Assembly (NCBI RefSeq): GCF_009914755.1
Contig: NC_060945.1
Reading direction: 5' to 3' (one strand)
Source: the human T2T-CHM13v2.0 reference genome, Homo sapiens
DNA length: 64,000 nt
The position numbers and the translations under genes are program-made. Every line of letters starts with the position of its first letter. Position 1 is the first letter of the stretch. Below, in pieces: positions 58,149 to 64,000 of the stretch. The notes under the pieces were generated by a model. It ran no database searches. It worked only from the letters and a program-made list of their open reading frames with translations, and had not been told where the DNA came from.

Positions 58149-59392
58149 TAGCCAGGATGGTCTCGATCTCCTGACCCCGTGATCCGTCCACCTCGGCCTC
58201 CCAAAGTGCTGGGATGACAGGCGTGAGCCACCGCCCCCGGCCTATTTATCTATTTATTAACTTTGAGTCCAGGTTATGAAACCAGTTAGTTTTTGTAATT
58301 TTTTTTTTTTTTTTTTTTTTTTTGAGACGAGGTTTCACCGTGTTGCCAAGGCTTGGACCGAGGGATCCACCGGCCCTCGGCCTCCCAAAAGTGCGGGGAT
58401 GACAGGCGCGAGCCTACCGCGCCCGGACCCCCCCTTTCCCCTTCCCCCGCTTGTCTTCCCGACAGACAGTTTCACGGCAGAGCGTTTGGCTGGCGTGCTT
58501 AAACTCATTCTAAATAGAAATTTGGGACGTCAGCTTCTGGCCTCACGGACTCTGAGCCGAGGAGTCCCCTGGTCTGTCTATCACAGGACCGTACACGTAA
58601 GGAGGAGAAAAATCGTAACGTTCAAAGTCAGTCATTTTGTGATACAGAAATACACGGATTCACCCAAAACACAGAAAGCAGTCTTTTAGAAATGGCCTTA
58701 GCCCTGGTGTCCGTGCCAGTGATTCTTTTCGGTTTGGACCTTGACTGAGAGGATTCCCAGTCGGTCTCTCGTCTCTGGACGGAAGTTCCAGATGATCCGA
58801 TGGGTGGGGGACTTAGGCTGCGTCCCCCCAGGAGCCCTGGTCGATTAGTTGTGGGGATCGCCTTGGAGGGCGCGGTGACCCACTGTGCTGTGGGAGCCTC
58901 CATCCTTCCCCCCACCCCCTCCCCAGGGGATCCCAATTCATTCCGGGCTGACACGCTCACTGGCAGGCGTCGGGCATCACCTAGCGGTCACTGTTACTCT
59001 GAAAACGGAGGCCTCACAGAGGAAGGGAGCACCAGGCCGCCTGCGCACAGCCTGGGGCAACTGTGTCTTCTCCACCGCCCCCGCCCCCACCTCCAAGTTC
59101 CTCCCTCCCTTGTTGCCTAGGAAATCGCCACTTTGACGACCGGGTCTGATTGACCTTTGATCAGGCAAAAACGAACAAACAGATAAATAAATAAAATAAC
59201 ACAAAAGTAACTAACTAAATAAAATAAGTCAATACAACCCATTACAATACAATAAGATACGATACGATAGGATGCGATAGGATACGATAGGATACAATAC
59301 AATACGATACGATACAATACAATACAATACAATACAATACAATACAATACAATACAATACAATACGCCGGGCGCGGTGGCTCATGCCTGTCA

Positions 59393-59644
<252 letters not shown>

Positions 59645-59904
59645 TCAAAAATAAATACATAAATAAATACATACATACATACATACATACATACATAAAT
59701 TAAAATAAATAAATAAAATAAAATAAATAAATGGGCCCTGCGCGGTGGCTCAAGCCTGTCATCCCCTCACTTTGGGAGGCCAAGGCCGGTGGATCAAGAG
59801 GCGGTCAGACCAACAGGGCCAGTATGGTGAAACCCCGTCTCTACTCACAATACACAACATTAGCCGGGCGCTGTGCTGTGCTGTACTGTCTGTAATCCCA
59901 GCTA

Positions 59905-60198
<294 letters not shown>

Positions 60199-60891
60199 TT
60201 AACTTCATTTTATGTTATTATCATGATTGATGTTTCGAGACGGAGTCTCGGAGGCCCGCCCTCCCTGGTTGCCCAGACAACCCCGGGAGACAGACCCTGG
60301 CTGGGCCCGATTGTTCTTCTCCTTGGTCAGGGGTTTCCTTGTCTTTCTTCGTGTCTTTAACCCGCGTGGACTCTTCCGCTCGGGTTTGACAGATGGCAGC
60401 TCCACTTTAGGCCTTGTTGTTGTTGGGGACTTTCCTGATTCTCCCCAGATGTAGTGAAAGCAGGTAGATTTGCCTTGCCTGGACTTGCCTGGCCTTGCCT
60501 TTTCTTTCTTTCTTTCTTTATTACTTTCTCTTTTTCTTCTTCTTCTTCTTCTTCTTCTTCTTCTTCTTCTTCTTCTTCTTCTTCTTCTTCTTCTTCTTCT
60601 TTTTTTTTTTGAGACAGAGTTTCACTCTTGTTGCCCAGGCTAGAGGGCAATGGTGCGATCTCGGCTCACCGCACCCTCCGCCTCCCAGGTTCAAGCGATT
60701 CTCCTGCCTCAGCCTCCTGATTAGCTGGGATTACAGGCATGGGCCACCGTGCCTGGCTGATGTTTGTACTTTTAGTAGAGACGGTGTTTTTCCATGTTGG
60801 TCAGGCTGGTCTCCCACTCCCAACCTCAGGTGGTCCGCCTGCCTTAGCCTCCCAAAGTGCTGGGATGACAGGCGTGAGCCACCGCGCCCAG

Positions 60892-60940
<49 letters not shown>

Positions 60941-61587
60941 CGCTTGCTTGCTTGCTTTCGTGCTTTCTTGCTTTCCCGTTTTCTTGCTTTCTTTCTTTCT
61001 TTCGTTTCTTTCATGCTTGCTTTCTTGCTTGCTTGCTTGCTTTCGTGCTTTCTTGCTTTCCTGTTTTCTTTTTCTTTCTTTCTTTCTTTCTTTCTTTTGT
61101 TTCTTTCTTGCTTGCTTTCTTGCTTGCTTGCTTGCTTTCGTGCTTTCTTGCTTTCCTGTTTTCTTTCTTTCTTTCTTTCTTTTGTTTCTTTCTTGCTTGC
61201 TTTCTTGCTTGCTTGCTTTCGTGCTGTCTTGTTTTCTCGATTTCTTTCTTTCTTTTGTTTCTTTCCTGCTTGCTTTCTTGCTTGATTGCTTTCGTGCTTT
61301 CTTGCTTTCTTGTTTTCTTTCTTTCTTTTGTTTCTTTCTTTCTTGCTTCCTTGTTTTCTTGCTTTCTTGCTTGCTTGCTTTCGTGCTTTCTTGTTTTCTT
61401 GCTTTCTTTCTTTTGTTTCTTTCTTGCTTGCTTTCTTGCTTCCTTGTTTTCTTGCTTTCTTGCTTGCTTGCTTTCGTGCTTTCTTTCTTGCTTTCTTTTC
61501 TTTCTTTCTTTTCTTTTTCTTTCTTTCTTGCTTTCTTTTCTTTCATTCATTCATTCTTTCTTTCTTTCCTTTCTTTCTTTCTTTCTT

Positions 61588-61626
<39 letters not shown>

Positions 61627-61641
61627 GTTTCGTCCTTTTGA

Positions 61642-61791
<150 letters not shown>

Positions 61792-63752
61792 TGATGTTTG
61801 TGTTTTTAGTAGGCACGCCGTGTCTCTCCATGTTGCTCAGGCTGGTCTCCAACTCCCGACCTCCTGTGATGCGCCCACCTCGGCCTCTCGAAGTGCTGGG
61901 ATGACGGGCGTGAGCCACCGTGCCCGGCCTGTTGACTCATTTCGCTTTTTTATTTCTTTCGTTTCCACGCGTTTACTTATATGTATTAATGTAAACGTTT
62001 CTGTACGCTTATATGCAAACAACGACAACGTGTATCTCTGCATTGAATACTCTTGCGTATGGTAAATACGTATCGGTTGTATGGAAATAGACTTCTGTAT
62101 GATAGATGTAGGTGTTTGTGTTATACAAATAAATACACATCGCTCTATAAAGAAGGGATCGTCGATAAAGACGTTTATTTTACGTATGAAAAGCGTCGTA
62201 TTTATGTGTGTAAATGAACGAGCGTACGTAGTTATCTCTGTTTTCTTTCTTCCTCTCCTTCGTGTTTTTCTTCCTTCCTTTCTTCCTTTCTCTCCTTCTT
62301 TAGGTTTTTCTTCCTCTCTTCCTTTCCTTCTTTCTCTCTTTCTGTCCTTTTTTCCTTCGTGCTTTATTTCTCTTTCGTTCCCTGTGTTTCCTTCTTTTTT
62401 CTTTCCTCTCTGTTTCTTTTTCCCTTCTTTCCTTCGTTTCTTTCCTCATTCTTTCTCTCTTTTTCGTGTTTCTTTCCTTCCCGTCTGTCTTTTAAAAAAT
62501 GGAGTGTTTCAGAAGTTTACTTTGTGTATCTACGTTTTCTAAATTGTCTCTCTTTTCTCCATTTTCTTCCTCCCTCCCTCCCTCCCTCCCTCCCTGCTCC
62601 CTTCCCTCCCTCCTTCCCTTTCGCCATCTGTCTCTTTTCCCCACTCCCCTCCCCCCGTCTGTCTCTGCGTGGATTCCGGAAGAGCCTACGCATTCTGCCT
62701 CTCCGTGTGTCTGCAGCGACCCGCGACCGAGTCCTTGTGTGTTCTTTCTCCCTCCCTCCCTCCCTCCCTCCCTCCCTCCCTGCTTCCGAGAGGCATCTCC
62801 AAACACCCACGCGCCGTGGGTTGTCTTCTGACTCTGTCGCGGTCGAGGCAGAGACGCGTTTTGGGCACCGTTTGTGTGGGGTTGGGGCAGAGGGGCTGCG
62901 TTTTCGGCCTCGGGAAGAGCTTCTCGACTCACGGTTTCGCTTTCGCGGTCCACGGGCCGCCCTGCCAGCCGGATCTGTCTCGCTGACGTCCGCGGCGGTT
63001 GTCGGGCTCCATCTGGCGGCCGCTTTGAGATCGTGCTCTCGGCTTCCGGAGCTGCGGTGGCAGCTGCCGAGGGAGGGGACCGTCCCCGCTGTGAGCTAGG
63101 CAGAGCTCCGGAAAGCCCGCGGTCGTCAGCCCGGCTGGCCCGGTGGCGCCAGAGCTGTGGCGCGTCGCTTGTGAGTCACAGCTCTGGCGTGCAGGTTTAT
63201 GTGGGGGAGAGGCTGTCGCTGCGCTTCTGGGCCCGCGGCGGGCGTGGGGCTGCCCGGGCCGGTCGACCAGCGCGCCGTAGCTCCCGAGGCCCGAGCCGCG
63301 ACCCGCGGGGACCCGCCGCGCGTGGCGCGGGAGGCTGGGGACGCCCTTCCCGGCCCGGTCGCGGGTCCGCGCTCATCCTGGCCGTCTGAGGCGGCGGCCG
63401 AATTCGTTTCCGAGTCCCCGTGGGGAGCCGGGGACCGTCCCGCCCCCGTCCCCCGGGTGCCGGGGAGCGGTCCCCGGGCCGGGCCGCGGTCCCTCTGCCG
63501 CGATCCTTTCTGGCGAGTCCCCGTGCGGAGTCGGAGAGCGCTCCCTGAGCGCGCGTGCGGCCCGAGAGGTCGCGCCTGGCCGGCCTTCGGTCCCTCGTGT
63601 GTCCCGGTCGTAGGAGGGGCCGGCCGAAAATGCTTCCGGCTCCCGCTCTGGAGACACGGGCCGGCCCCCTGCGTGTGGCACGGGCGGCCGGGAGGGCGTC
63701 CCCGGCCCGGCGCTGCTCCCGCGTGTGTCCTGGGGTTGACCAGAGGGCCCCG

Positions 63753-63926
63753 GGCGCTCCGTGTGTGGCTGCGATGGTGGCGTTTTTGGGGACAGGTGTC
63801 CGTGTCGCGCGTCGCCTGGGCCGGCGGCGTGGTCGGTGACGCGACCTCCCGGCCCCGGGGGAGGTATATCTTTCGCTCCGAGTCGGCATTTTGGGCCGCC
63901 GGGTTATTGCTGACACGCTGTCCTCT
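63753..63926 (+). promoter_or_regulatory. Pol I promoter of next unit (TSS 63909)
   Basis: Same sequence as 18966-19139. Confidence 0.93.
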
Positions 63927-64000
63927 GGCGACCTGTCGCTGGAGAGGTTGGGCCTCCGGATGCGCGCGGGGCTCTGGCCTACCGGTGACCCGGCTAGCCG
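63909..64000 (+). rRNA. RNA45S: First 92 nt of next 47S pre-rRNA (5'ETS), cut by the window edge
   Basis: GCTGACACGCTGTCC at 63909. Confidence 0.93.

Overview
This window is human-type ribosomal DNA: about 1.43 tandem copies of a 44,787-bp rDNA unit. It opens in the intergenic spacer (IGS) of one unit, contains one complete 47S transcription unit, and ends 92 nt into the 5'ETS of the next unit (TSS 63909). The 47S unit has TSS 19122, 18S 22762-24630, 5.8S 25708-25864 and 28S 27036-32102. It is followed by 11 Sal-box-like terminators (T1, T2 and three per repeat in three R-repeats) and a full IGS: a ~4.45-kb tandem duplication with CT-rich long repeats, many Alus, a CDC27 retrocopy, the p53 RGC site, a CTCF site and a probable spacer promoter. 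No intact protein-coding gene is supported; nearly all listed ORFs come from low-complexity, Alu or GC-rich rRNA sequence. Most notable observations: (1) the CDC27 retrocopy is ~3.8 kb, bounded by a 16-bp target-site duplication, and switches from spliced exons into a retained intron at a GTAAGT donor; (2) a ~200-bp module with CTCF-like, RFX X-box-like and TCF-like blocks occurs twice, ~10 kb apart, and one copy is preceded by an exact 11-bp copy of the Pol I initiator; (3) about 15 Alu positions share the same non-consensus GATTACA>GATGACA change; (4) the CT 'microsatellite' hides a ~215-bp higher-order unit; (5) the two unit copies appear identical, suggesting a modelled or consensus array. 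Named elements are recognised from memory, not from database searches.
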